The notes beneath the pieces were generated by a model. It worked only from the letters and a program-made list of their open reading frames with translations, made no database searches and was not told where the DNA came from. This document shows, one piece after another, positions 51,500-64,000 of a DNA stretch of 64,000 nucleotides. The stretch is from Octopus vulgaris (taxonomy: Eukaryota): the NCBI GenBank assembly GCA_951406725.2, contig OX597824.1:55986001-56050000 (forward strand), read 5' to 3'. The number at the start of each line of letters is the position of its first letter. The stretch's first letter is position 1. A program made the translations under genes and the position numbers.

Positions 51500-52060
51500 T
51501 CTGCTGCTTTCTCGTGCTGTCTTCCTCTCTCTCTCTCTCTTCCTTTGTTCCTCTGACTGGTTGACAATGTATCTCCTCTTCAGCAACACACCTGTTACTG
51601 GCCTCAATCTTGATCACTCTTCTCTTTCTCTCTCTTTGACCGCGTAGCCATGTATATCCTCTACAGCAACACACCTGTTTCTGTCTCACTCTAGCCTTTC
51701 TTCCTCTGGAACAAGATCACCTCGTTGAATGCAACATCCCTCCCTCTCTCAGAGGATTGCAAATTGCTTGGTAACCATGCCAATGTTGGTGCTCTGTAAA
51801 AAGCATCCAGTCCACACTGTAAAGTTGTTGGCGTTTGGAAGAGAAGCCAGCTGTAAAAAAAACCATGCCAAAACTGATCTTGCTGGTGCTGCAGAAAAAG
51901 CACTCAGCCCAGTCTAAGTAGTGATTAGTGTTAGGATGGTACGCAGCCATACAAACCATACCAACACAGACAACAAAGCAAGGTGCAGTCTTCTGCCTAG
52001 CCAGCTCATTTCAAATCATACAACTTATGCCAACATAGAAAGCGGATGTTAAATGATGAT
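51500..52060 (+). mobile_element. Older RTE-subfamily 3' UTR
   Basis: Homologous to 12345-12975; ends agcggatgttaaatgatgat. Confidence 0.7.
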
Positions 52061-52366
52061 ATATGTATCCTAGGTGTGTATCCCCTTGCTGCTCGCGTTT
52101 TTTTTACAATAGAATACCGTGGCAAACTTTTGTAATAGCACATTCATATATGTTGGATTTCCTCTTTTGATGGGGATTTTTCAAATTTCTTTTCCACCAC
52201 ATCCTTGCAAATAATGGGTGGGCAGGGAGAGAAGTTTTGAAAATTTATGAATACCCTTCCCTACCTTCTGGGCCAATCTTGTCACTTTTGTCAGTGTATA
52301 TGTAACACTGTTAGTGTGTGTAAGAAAAAACATTTACTAACAGAAAAGTATGTTATGAAAATAAAT

Positions 52367-52398
<32 letters not shown>

Positions 52399-53108
52399 TG
52401 AGCGTGAGGTGTATACTTTTGTAGAGAGTGTGATAAAAATATGTAGAGAGGGGGAGAGTTTACCATGACGAAAGCAAAAAATGAAAGTGATAGACAAATA
52501 GAGGGCTCTCTGTTGCTGTCACAGATTTTGAAACTTTAAAATTAAGTGAACATTTTCAAATTTGGTATATTGATGTACTTTTCCACACTGAATCTGAGTT
52601 TGTGAGTCATTTATATCAGAAAAAAATTAGAAAAATGTTACAGATGTTCCACATTTCAGCAATTTTACTCTATCAGAAAACAGCAATAGTACGGATGGCT
52701 GTAATAAAGTGAAGTAAACATTAGAAGACAGATTTAGACAAAATGAAAGAGATGTGTGAGAGACATTACATAAACACAGAGAGTGAGTGATAAGAAGTAT
52801 GGCAGATAATACAGAGAGGTTGATGGATGGTGACACATAGAGAGAAGAGTTGTTGAGGATAATCTGGTTCTTGACTGAAGATAGAAAACTTCGAATGACC
52901 CATCCTTGTGTTCTTTGTATCATCTATCTGGATGTTTTGTTGTCCCTTTTTGTATCACCTAGTTGTCCGGATGTCTTGCGTTCATGTCCCATTTTGTATT
53001 TTATATATATATATATATAACGGCGTACGTACACTTTGTTATATATATATATATAACGGCGTACGTACACTGTTGTTCATTGTTAAACCTCACTAAGATA
53101 AATATTTC

Positions 53109-53177
53109 AATCACCTGAAGATTGACTGTAACTTGAATTTTTACGAATTGGACAGCCATGAAACGATCATAGTGTTA
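53109..53177 (+). ncRNA. Type I hammerhead-like ribozyme (partly decayed)
   Basis: cac CTGAAGA ttgactgt-loop-acagccat GAAA cgatca TA gtg. Helix III is one change away from the palindrome ACGATCGT. Confidence 0.55.
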
Positions 53178-53373
53178 TACTCATTATCTTTTTTTAATAA
53201 TTTTGATATATATTTAAAATAATATAAATTAATTAATCTTATGTATTGGCTTAAGTTTTTCATTGTATGATTTGCCTACTAGTGGTTTTATCTCTAATTT
53301 AATATAATATATATATATATACACACACACACATTTATATATGTATATATTTTTAATTTCTACTTATTTGCAG

Positions 53374-53470
53374 CTTAGCAGATCAAATGAGGCTTCTAAA
53401 TTATACTCAATGGATACAAATGCTGAGAAATGTTTTCTTTAATATAATGGTCATTGTTAACCGAGTATTG
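53374..53470 (+). CDS. VPS54: Internal coding exon of VPS54, phase 2-0, LADQMRLLNYTQWIQMLRNVFFNIMVIVNRVL
   Basis: ttctacttatttgcag acceptor, gtaagt donor, 97 nt. Matches recalled VPS54 'LADQMRMLNFPQWFDLLKDIFSKFTIFLQRV'. Confidence 0.92.
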
Positions 53471-53818
53471 GTAAGTATAAAAATTTATCATTAAAGGTAA
53501 AACATTGATTAATATTCTGATATTTAAATAAGATTATATACATATATATGTATCATCAGCATCAGCATCATTTAACATTCATTGTCCATACTAAACATAG
53601 GTATTTGAATAAATTTTTTTGCAATCTAGCCATCCTTTCACACGGAATTTTGTCTCTCTTTTGAACCAAATCTCTGAAGAGACTTATATAAATGGGTATG
53701 AATTGTTTAAAAATCATGTAATGTATTTTTGGCTTTTTAATAATTTTTTAATGTTATATTATATTCCTAGTATATTATGTTATATATTATAATGTCAATT
53801 GAAGCTCTCGAATTAATC

Positions 53819-53948
<130 letters not shown>

Positions 53949-54248
53949 GTGGGGGAGATAAATACAGATATATATATATATGGGGGGGAGAGATAAATAC
54001 ATATATATATATAGGGGAGGCGGAGAGATAAATACAGATATATATATATATATATTTATACATACAGATAAATTAGTTGAAAATATATCTAGCAGATTAT
54101 TATAAGATCGCACTAAGTAAAGCTAGATACAAACAAAAATTAAAATTCTATAAACCAAGGATAAACTCAGAAAACCAGATTAATGAGCCAAATAAGATTT
54201 CTAATGATGATATTAACCTAGAAAATAAAAATATATATTATATATATA

Positions 54249-55556
54249 TGGCCCTGCTCGATCTGTAGAAGAGGCATAGGTAGAAACTCTATAAGATGCA
54301 CCAAATGTAAGCTATGGACACATAAGAGATGTAGTAATGTCAAAGGAAGACTAACTAGGAAAATAGTTTTTATCTGTGGCAGATGCTCAGGAGCAATAAA
54401 CTCTGAAAATATGCAGAGATCAACTTCTACCATGTTCCAGGGAGAAAAACTAGAAGTAGTTGATAGCTTCCGCTACCTAGTTGACCAAGTCAGTAGCGGG
54501 GGCGGGTGTGCTGAAAGTGTAACTGCTAGAGTAAGAATAGCCTGGGCAAAGTTTAGAGAGCTCTTACCCCTGCTGGTGACAAAAGGCCTCTCGCTTAAAG
54601 TAAAAGGCAGACTGTATGATGCATGTGTACGTACAGCCATGCTGCATGGTAGTGAAACATGGGCTGTGACTGCTGAGAATTTGCGTAAGCTCGCAAGAAA
54701 TGAAACTAGTATGCTCCGATGGATGTGTAAGGTCAGTGTTCATAATCGACAGAGTGTAAGTACCTTGAGAGAAAAGTTGGACCTAAGAAGCATCAGTTGT
54801 TGTGTGCAAGAGAGACGATTGCGCTGGTATGGTCATGTGGCGAGAATGGATGAAGAGAGGTGTGTGAAAAAGTGCCACACCCTGGCAGTTGAGGGGACCT
54901 GTGGAAGAGGTAGACCCAGGAAAACCTGGGACGAGGTGGTGAAGCTCGACCTTCGAACTTTAGGTCTCACCAAGGAAATGACTAGAGACTGAGACCTATG
55001 GAAGTATGCTGTGCGTGAGAAGACCCGGCAAGACCAGTGAGAACAGTCAAAATCAAAATCAAACCAAATCAAATCAGATATCAGAAAGCAGAACCAAAAT
55101 TGAGGTCGATCAACATCAGTGGAAATTGCAGCTGTGGTTAAGCGATCCATCCGATCGTGGTCGTTGCTAGCGCCACCCCGTCTGGCCTCCGTGCTGGTGG
55201 CACGTAAAAGCACCATCCGTTCGTGTCCGCTGCAAGCCTTGCCTGGCCCCCGTGCCGGTGGCACGTAAAAGCACCATCCGTTCGTGTCCGTTGCCAGCCC
55301 CGCCTGGCCCCCGTGCCGGTGGCACATAAAAGCACCATCCGTTCATGGCCGTTTGCCAGCTCTGTCTGGCACCTGTGCGGTTGGCACGTAAAAAGCACCC
55401 ACTACACTCACGGAGTGGTTGGCGTTAGGAAGGGCATCCAGCCGTAGAAACACTGCCAGATCTGACTGGGCCTGATGAAGCCTTTCGGCTTCACAGACCC
55501 CAGTTGAACCGTCCAACCCATGCTAGCATGGAAAATGACGCTAAATGATGATGATG

Positions 55557-55558
<2 letters not shown>
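54249..55558 (+). mobile_element. RTE LINE, 5'-truncated
   Basis: PHD finger region plus ORF 54411-54992; four ~61-bp 3' UTR units; (GAT)n tail. Confidence 0.95.
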
Positions 55559-56562
<1,004 letters not shown>

Positions 56563-56563
<1 letters not shown>

Positions 56564-57369
56564 CATATAAAACATCTTTTACTCTTAGTGTTGTTGAGAA
56601 AAGTTTATATTTACAAAGTTATTTCGTGTTAAAGTTGTCGTATTTCGGTAATTTCAACCAATCAATAATGTGTATTCAGCTGAATGAAATTACTGCCATT
56701 GTTTGTCAGCAACAACTATTGGCGGTGTGTATTTCATTTGTCACTAGAGTTTTAGGGTTAGGGTTTTAGGATTATGGTTAGGGTTTTAGTGTTTGGGTTA
56801 GGGTTTTAGTGTTAGGATAAGGGTTTTAGGGTTGGGGTTTAGGGTTAAGGTTACGGTTGGGGTTTTAGGGTTAGAATTGGGATTTTAGGGTTAGAGTTGC
56901 GGAAAAAAGTGAAAAACGAAGTAATTTGAGGGGGAGGGATGGGGGAAAACGTCTTTCCAAAAATAGTAGCTGAAAAACAGGAGAGAAAAAACTAAAAGCA
57001 GTAGAAATGCATGAACAATTGTGGTGGTGCCATGAAGTAAACATGCTTCAGATACACTCATTTATTCATACAAATGTAACAGATGAAATATGCCATAAAA
57101 TAACAGTGACAAACGAAATATACACCGCTGGAAGTTGTTGTTGACAAACAATAGTAGTAATTTTATTCAGCTGAATACACATTCAGTGGTTGAAATTACC
57201 AAAATACGACAAATTTAACAGAAAATAACTTTGAAAATACAAACTTTTCTCAACAACACTAAGAGTAAAAGATGTTTTATATGACACATTCTACCAGTGT
57301 CCAAAGTTTGAGAGTGTTTAGTTACAAAAAATTAATTTCTCGATCTGCCGTTCAAAGGGTAAAGATCCA
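56563..57369. mobile_element. Foldback MITE with ~185-bp inverted arms enclosing a degenerate (TTAGGG)n array
   Basis: 56563-56745 is the reverse complement of 57105-57287. TTAGGG-like repeats lie at 56747-56900. Confidence 0.8.
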
Positions 57370-58036
57370 TATATATATATATAGCAACACAAAGAGAGGA
57401 ATTTCAATTATCCCCATGTGGTGAGTTCTAATCCAAAAAAATATACATATAAAATACAAAAATGAAAATGCACACACTTTTTGAGTTGTGTATATTTATC
57501 CCCTTCCTGAAAATGAACAATTACTTCCCTTGTCCCCAATAATAATGATCACCAATTACCTCCCCTTAGATTTTTCTACTTGTTCAAACAATCATAAACT
57601 TATCTACACACGTAGACTAAAATCTTAAGAAAATACGAAAAATCAATAAGTTCAATGTCATGATCAGCGAAAGTGAAACTGGTTGACAAACACAATATAA
57701 AATATATTAAAAAATGTATTAGAACTATGTAAAGTTTGTGCATTTTCCTTTTATTTTACATATATTTATATATATATTATATGCTTCTATAGTGATACCT
57801 AATAATAGCTAACTTCAACTATGAGTTAACAAAAATATAAATTTTTATAATAAAAATTAAAAGATAATTCTTAAATAATCCATGTTTCCCCAATGTATCA
57901 ATATTGGTATATAGATATAAATATAATGAAGGTATATGTAGGTCTATATATGTATGTATGCATGTATATATATTTATGTGTAGGAGTATGTATATCTGTA
58001 TATTTGTTTATTTTTATATATGTGTAGAGATATATA

Positions 58037-58428
58037 TCTATATCTCTCTCTATATAAACGGCAGTTTGTCTGTCTGCGTGTCTGTGTGTCTGTTAGGTTG
58101 TACCCTCACACTGACCACAGCTTTCAACCGATTCTGATGAAACTTGACACACACATAGCCCAATGTCATAATTCAAAACTAACGCAGCGAAAATTTTGAA
58201 AAGTTCCCCCAGTTCTGAAAAAAATCGATAAATTCGACATGGGCTCGAGAATCAGAAACACAAACCGCAGACTGTCTAGGGGACGCAAATCGACCTTTTT
58301 AACTCTCAAAAAAAAATTTACCATAATTTTTTTTCCATTTTTTTTGCTATTTTTTGGCTATAACTCTCTAAAAATGCTTTATAGTTATTTCCCTTACAAA
58401 CCCGAGCAACGCCGGGCGATACTGCTAG
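58037..58428 (+). mobile_element. Non-autonomous Helitron
   Basis: A|TC...tatataaacggcag start; hairpin cccgagcaacgccggg; CTAG|T end. Confidence 0.88.
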
Positions 58429-58636
58429 TGTATGCATAAATGTATATGTGGGTATATATATGCATATATATATGGATCTATATGTATATATGGGGGTCTA
58501 TATGTAGGTAAATATGGATTTGTGTGTGTCTGTATGTATGTATGTATATGTGTGTATTTATATATGTATATGTGTGTGTGTATATATATATATATGTACG
58601 TGTGTGTATATATATGTATGTGTGTATGCGTATATA

Positions 58637-61600
58637 TATCATCATCATCGTTTAGCGTCCGCTTTCCATGCTGGCATGGGTTGGATGGTGCAACTAGGGT
58701 CTGGGAAACCAGAAGGCTGCACCAGGCCCAGTCTGATCTGGCAATGTTTCTATGGCTGGATGCCCTTCCTAACACCAATCACTTCATGAGTGTAGTGGGT
58801 GCTTTTTACGTGCCACTGGCACGGAGGCCAGATGGGGCTGGCAAACGGCCACGACCGGATGGTGCTTTTTACGTGCCACCGGCACGGAAGCCAGTCGTAG
58901 CAGCGCTGGCTACAGTCACATTTGGATGGTTCTCTTATGTGCCACCGGCACTGGTATCACAGCTACAATTTCCATTAATGTTGATCGATTTTGATGTTGA
59001 TTTTGATTTTCACTTGCCTCAACAGGTCTTCACAAGTAGAGTTTTGTGTCCCAAAAAGGAAAGGTATGCATAAGTGGACTGAGGCCATGGGTTATGGTCT
59101 CACTTGTCCTGCCGGGTCTTCTCATGCACAGCATACTTCCAAAGGTCTCGGTCTCTAGTCATTTCCTCGGTGAGACCTAAAGTTCGAAGGTCGTGCTTCA
59201 CCACCTCATCCCAGGTTTTCCTGGGCTACCTCTTCCACAGGTTCCCTCAACAGCTATAGGGTGTGGCACTTTTTCACACGACTATCTTCATCCATTCTCG
59301 CCACATGGCCATACCAGTGCAAACATCTCTCTTGCACACCACAACTGATGCTTCTTAGGTCCAACTTCTCTCTCAAGGTACTTACACTCTGTCGAGTATG
59401 AACACTGACATTACACATCCATCGGAGCATACTGGCTTCATTTCTTGCGAGCATATCCTCAGCAGTCGCGGCCCATGTTTCTCTACCATGTAGCATGGCT
59501 GTTTGTACACATGCATCATACAGACTGCCTTTTACTCTGAGCGAGAGGCCTTTTGTCCCTACCAGAGGTAAGAGCTCTCTGAACTTTACCCAAGCTATTC
59601 TTACTCTAGCAGTTACACTTTCAACACACCCGCCCCCGCTACTGACTTGGTTACCTAGGTAACAGAAGCTATCAACTATTTCTAGTTTTTGTCCCTAGAA
59701 TGTAGTGGAAGTTGCTCTCTGCGCATTTTCAGTGTTTATTGCTCCTGAGCATCTGCCACATACAAAAACTATCTACCTAGTTAGCCTTCCCTTGACGTTG
59801 CTGCACCTCTTATGTGTCCATAGCTTACACTTGGTGCATCTTATAGAGTTTCTACCTACACCTTTTCTACAGATCAGCAGGGCCATCTACCTGAAGGCGT
59901 TTGTGACTTGCCTACCTTCCTACTTATTAGGACTTTGGTTTTAGCTTGGTTGACTCTAAGGCCCTTCGATTCTAATCCTTGCTTCCACACCTGAAATTTC
60001 TCCTCCAGTTCTGATAGTGACTCAGCAATTAGAGCAAGGTCATCAGCGTAGAGGAGCTCCTAGGGGCGTCCTATCTTGAATTCCTCCGTTATTGCCTGGA
60101 GGACTATGATAAATAGGAGAGGGCTGAGGACTGAGCCTTGGTGGACCCCAACCTCTACCTGGAATTCTTCACTGTACTCGTTGCCAACCATCACCTTACT
60201 AGCAGTGTCCCTGTACATGGCTTGCACAGCTCTCACTAACCATTCATCTATCCCTAGTTTCCTCATTGACCACCTGATAAGGGATTGGGGGAACTTGTCG
60301 AAGGCTTTCTCCATGTCAAAGAAAGCCAGGTACAAGGGCTTATCTTTGGCTAGATATTTATCCTGCAACTGTCTTACCAGAAATATGGCATCAGTGGTGC
60401 TTTTCCCTGGCACGAATCCAAACTGCATCTCATCTAAACTAGCTCTCTCTCTAATTAGTTGGGCTATGACCCTCTCTGTAACCTTCATTACCTGATCCAA
60501 CAGCTTGATAGCTCTGTAATTATTTGTATCTAGGGTGTCACCTTTACCTTTGTAGCAGTTGACTATGGTACTGCTACACCAGTCATTGGGTATGACTCCT
60601 TTATGTATCACCTGGTTAATTATACGGGTGACTAGGCTATAGCCGACACTACCAGATATTTTGAGCATCTCTGCAGTAATTCCTGATGGGCCTGGGGCTT
60701 TCCCTGTCTTCATGCTTCTAATTGCTTTAACTACCAGGGAACTGTCAACTCGGATAGCTGGTCCCTCTGTTGGGTCGACATTCGGCAGACTCTCTTTATC
60801 CCATTCATTTTCTTTATTCAGCAACCTTTCATAGTGGCATCTCCAAACCTCTCTCTTTGCATCCTCATTTAGAGCAAGTGAACCATCATCCATGCGAACA
60901 CATTTCTCTCCTACCACATCACGATTCTCTCTCACACACTATCTTGCAACGTGAAATACCTCAAGTCTTTGGTCCTCACGGCGCAGAACATTGGCAGATT
61001 TTTTCTTATCTGCTTCCCTTCTAGCTAAATAAACCTGTCTCCTAGCTTCTCTTTTGGAAGTCTGATACAATTCCCTGCTACCCCCATTCTTCCAGTCCTT
61101 CTAAGCCTGTTTCTTTTGTCTAATAGCCCTGTCTACAACATTGTTCCACCACCACGTTATTTTAGGTCGAGAGGGGACTTGGCACCAGCCACAGATCTGG
61201 TCAGAGGCTCTCAGCAGGTTGTCCCCTAGAATCCTCCAGTTGTCTTCTACCCCATGTGAAGCTATATCCCCTTCTACTTTGTCAAAGGCTTCAAGTAATA
61301 TGTCCCTAAATCTCTGTCCATCTTTAAGCTTCCAGATCTTTCTTCTCCATGTTGGTCGTCTTCTGGTCGTCCTCTTAGTCCTGATTCTAAAGTCACTAAC
61401 TACCAGTCTATTTTGTGGGTTACATTCTTCGCTTGGGAAGGTTTTGGCATTTATAAGCAGCCATCTTTCCCTTTTCCTGGCAAGGATGTAGTCAATTTGG
61501 CTGGTATGTCGACCCGATCGGTAGGTGACTAGGTGGCTGGTAGGTTTCCTGAAGTTAGTGTTGCAAACCATAAGATCATTTGCATCGCAGAACTCCAGCA

Positions 61601-62880
61601 GCCTGGTTCCCTCCTCATTGCGGGAACCATAACCATAGCTTCCATGGCCACCATGGAAGCCCCCAACATGTTTTCCAACATGCCCATTGAAATCACCAGC
61701 CACAAAGAGAAGGTCTCTGTCGTTTGTCAATGAGGTAGTCTGCAGTAAGGCATCATAGAATCTGTCTTTCTGTCCATCGGGTAGCCCTGGCTGAGGGGCA
61801 TAGGCTGACATAATGGTTGCTAATCCATGATGAAGCACTAATCTAATCTTAAGTATTCTGTCACATACTCTGATTACCTCAGTTACCTTATCTACCCATT
61901 TTTCAGCGAGAAGTATACCCACACCTCCAACCCCGTCAGTGTTCCGTGCCCAGAAAATCTTGTACTTGTGTTCTTTGCCTGTGAGGAACCTAGCAGAACC
62001 TCCTCTCCACCTTCCTTCTTGGATGCAACATATATCAACACGTCTCCGTTCAAGCCTCTCAACAATCTCACCAGACCTACCTTTCAGTGTGCCAATATTG
62101 AGAGTGCCAACCCTGATGGTGTGGGAGGTATGGGCCCTAGAGACCCTGGGACAGGGAGCAGTGGCGTCATGTACCTGAAGAGAGAGCTCGCATTTGGCAG
62201 AATTCATAAGCAAAGCAATGATCTTAAGTTCAACCTGCTTACACTACACTATCATGTTTTGCACCGTATGGTTACTACCTTATATAGTAGGGGTGGTGTT
62301 GGCGTAAGGCCTTTAGGTGTTCATGGAAGACAAGCAAAGGAAAACGAGATGAGATAAGGATTTCCAGTACAGGTAGAGGGGGTGGGAGGGCGGGCGCACC
62401 ACCGCGAACTGGGAACGATGGGGTAGGAATTTAAGCGACAGGAAAGACTGATAGATAGGCAAATAGTGTAGGAATTGAATAGACAGAGTGATGACCGATA
62501 GATGAGGGAGAAAGACAAGATTAGAGATGAAATGCTGTGTGGTCGTGTGAATAAGTTTCTATGAGTGAAGGTATGTGTTGTGAGGAAATGCTTGAGCTTA
62601 GCTGCTATTTTTCATCCTGAGGTTCGTGTTTCGTGTTTACAGCCAGGGTATGGAAGTCAGATAGAAAGGGTCAGGCCGTGTGCATTGGTTTTTATAGGGG
62701 AGGGGAGTTGCAGAGAGGGTGAGTAGGAAGCAGGGCGTATTGGCTAGGTGGGTGGAATCGAAAGAAAGTGAGATATAGACAGAGTGACAGTCCATAGTGA
62801 GAGAGAGAGGCATAGTGATAAAGAGAGGGGAGACACGACATGAACAACCGCGAACAGGGAACGATGGGGTAGGAATTTAA
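58637..62880 (-). mobile_element. Apparently full-length RTE LINE including 5' UTR, with stops and frameshifts
   Basis: ORFs 61101-62213 (GTLNIGTL, APE domain), 60060-60935 (RT) and 59254-59496; 3' UTR array and (GAT)n tail. The upstream non-coding region has a 34-bp direct repeat (62401-62434 and 62848-62881). The exact 5' boundary is uncertain. Confidence 0.93.
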
Positions 62881-63202
62881 ATATATACATACACACATAC
62901 ATATATGTATGGGTATGTGTAGTTCTATATGATAAGATTATATAATTATTTTCCTTTCCCCCCACACTCAAATGAATAATATCAAATATGATTAATATAA
63001 TATCTTATCCTAATATTATTTCAAATATCAATTTTTCAATTTAATTAAATTTTCCATTTTCATTTTTCTGATGCAATAAATACTAAAATAGTTATCTCCT
63101 CTTATTAATTTGAAAATTATGTATGCTATATATTATTTTATAAGCTTTTATGTTTGAATTAATATATAAACTTAATTTTTTCTAGATAAATATATGTATA
63201 TA

Positions 63203-63240
63203 CTAGCTGGTGTGCCTGGTAATTCCCAGGGGTAAAGATG
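63203..63240 (-). mobile_element. Helitron-like 3' terminus
   Basis: a|ctag followed by hairpin cctgg-taattc-ccagg. Confidence 0.4.
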
Positions 63241-64000
63241 TTCTATTTAAATGCCTTATTACTATGGTATAGAAAAGTAATTTCGATATAACTGCTACAA
63301 AAGGTGTACTTTCTGTCATGAAAAAGTACAAAAAACTGTAAGCTGGAGGAGGGAGGTTGTCAAGAGAGATTGTTGGAGGTTGTTGAGGGAGGTTTTCGGA
63401 GGTTGGTGAGAGAGGTTGCTGGAGGGAGGAGCATCTCTGTTCCAAAATTTCAATCTTGTGTTACTCAATGCTTTTGATTTTGCCATTGGGTGCATAGACG
63501 AATAAATTTTTTGGATTTCCAATTCTATAGCATCCAACATAGAGCTGTCCATGAGAAAAAGCTGGATTGGAACACACTTATTAGATACGTTCTGGAATCA
63601 AAAATTTGTCTACTGTCATTGAAAATGTTTAACTGGAAAAATGCAGAATTATCAGTTATGGGCATTCAAAGTGCGATGAAATTTAATTGAAAACCTTGCA
63701 TGCATTGCCAGCATTTAGTTATTCGGAGATGTTGAAAAAATGTCTATTAATGCAGCGTCTAAATTAATTACATCAATATATATAACTGTTTAGATATTGA
63801 AGTAGAATAGATGAATAATTGTTTGATTTAGTTAATATCAAACAATGAATCAGAGACTTGCTTGAGATTTCCGTTGTGGCATTAGAGCAGCTTGTGAAGT
63901 AGAAGTACCCACTTGTACTCTTATTCTTTGTAGCATTTTAAGGGTTAATTTTATCAAGGCTAATTTATTAAAGCTAATATATAAATGCAGTATATATAAG

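Noticed and set aside
55190-55400. CRISPR-like repeat/spacer look of the GTGCCGGTGGCACGTAAAAGCACC array
   Set aside because: The 'spacers' are homologous to each other, the array is part of a LINE 3' UTR in a eukaryotic intron, and there are no cas genes.
56747-56900. True telomere or chromosome fusion scar
   Set aside because: Short, degenerate, in a single orientation and enclosed within transposon inverted arms.
62300-62880. HDV-like ribozyme at the RTE 5' end (known in some RTEs)
   Set aside because: I could not fit P1/P1.1/P2/P3/P4 with the conserved L3 and J4/2 by eye. An RNArobo/Infernal search would be needed to exclude it.
63290-63950. Possible Penelope N-terminal remnant or additional VPS54 exon
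   Set aside because: Too degraded to call; no convincing splice-bounded frame matching the expected next VPS54 segment was found.

Overview
Eukaryotic, AT-rich, repeat-dominated DNA. The SINE, LINE and microsatellite content points to a coleoid cephalopod, most likely Octopus (inferred from family recognition, no search run). The window appears to lie inside one + strand host gene. Three small GT-AG exons (5819-5926, 25116-25174, 53374-53470) splice in frame to VKLAAIVLGMLREHNFDFVDVIREESFKALKATIKQ/SVIEAVATADDIDTEGNVGC/LADQMRLLNYTQWIQMLRNVFFNIMVIVNRVL, which I recognise as part of VPS54 (GARP subunit). The introns (about 19 kb, 28 kb and >10 kb) hold: seven RTE LINE bodies plus solo RTE tails; a young 5'-truncated CR1-group LINE with an open RT frame and TSD; Penelope-like remnants with hammerhead-like cores; Helitrons; mariner/Tc1/Tc2 and piggyBac-like elements; tRNA-derived SINEs; foldback MITEs; and large (AT)n tracts. 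The most interesting structures are: (i) a tandem array of apparent H-type RNA pseudoknots in the RTE 3' UTR, with possible 5'-3' end pairing; (ii) several hammerhead-like motifs in the sense strand of the VPS54 pre-mRNA; (iii) an in-frame alternative acceptor whose extension ends in a single UAG; (iv) inverted LINE pairs around the exons. No prokaryotic-type system or CRISPR array is present. All RNA structures are by-eye predictions and are untested.
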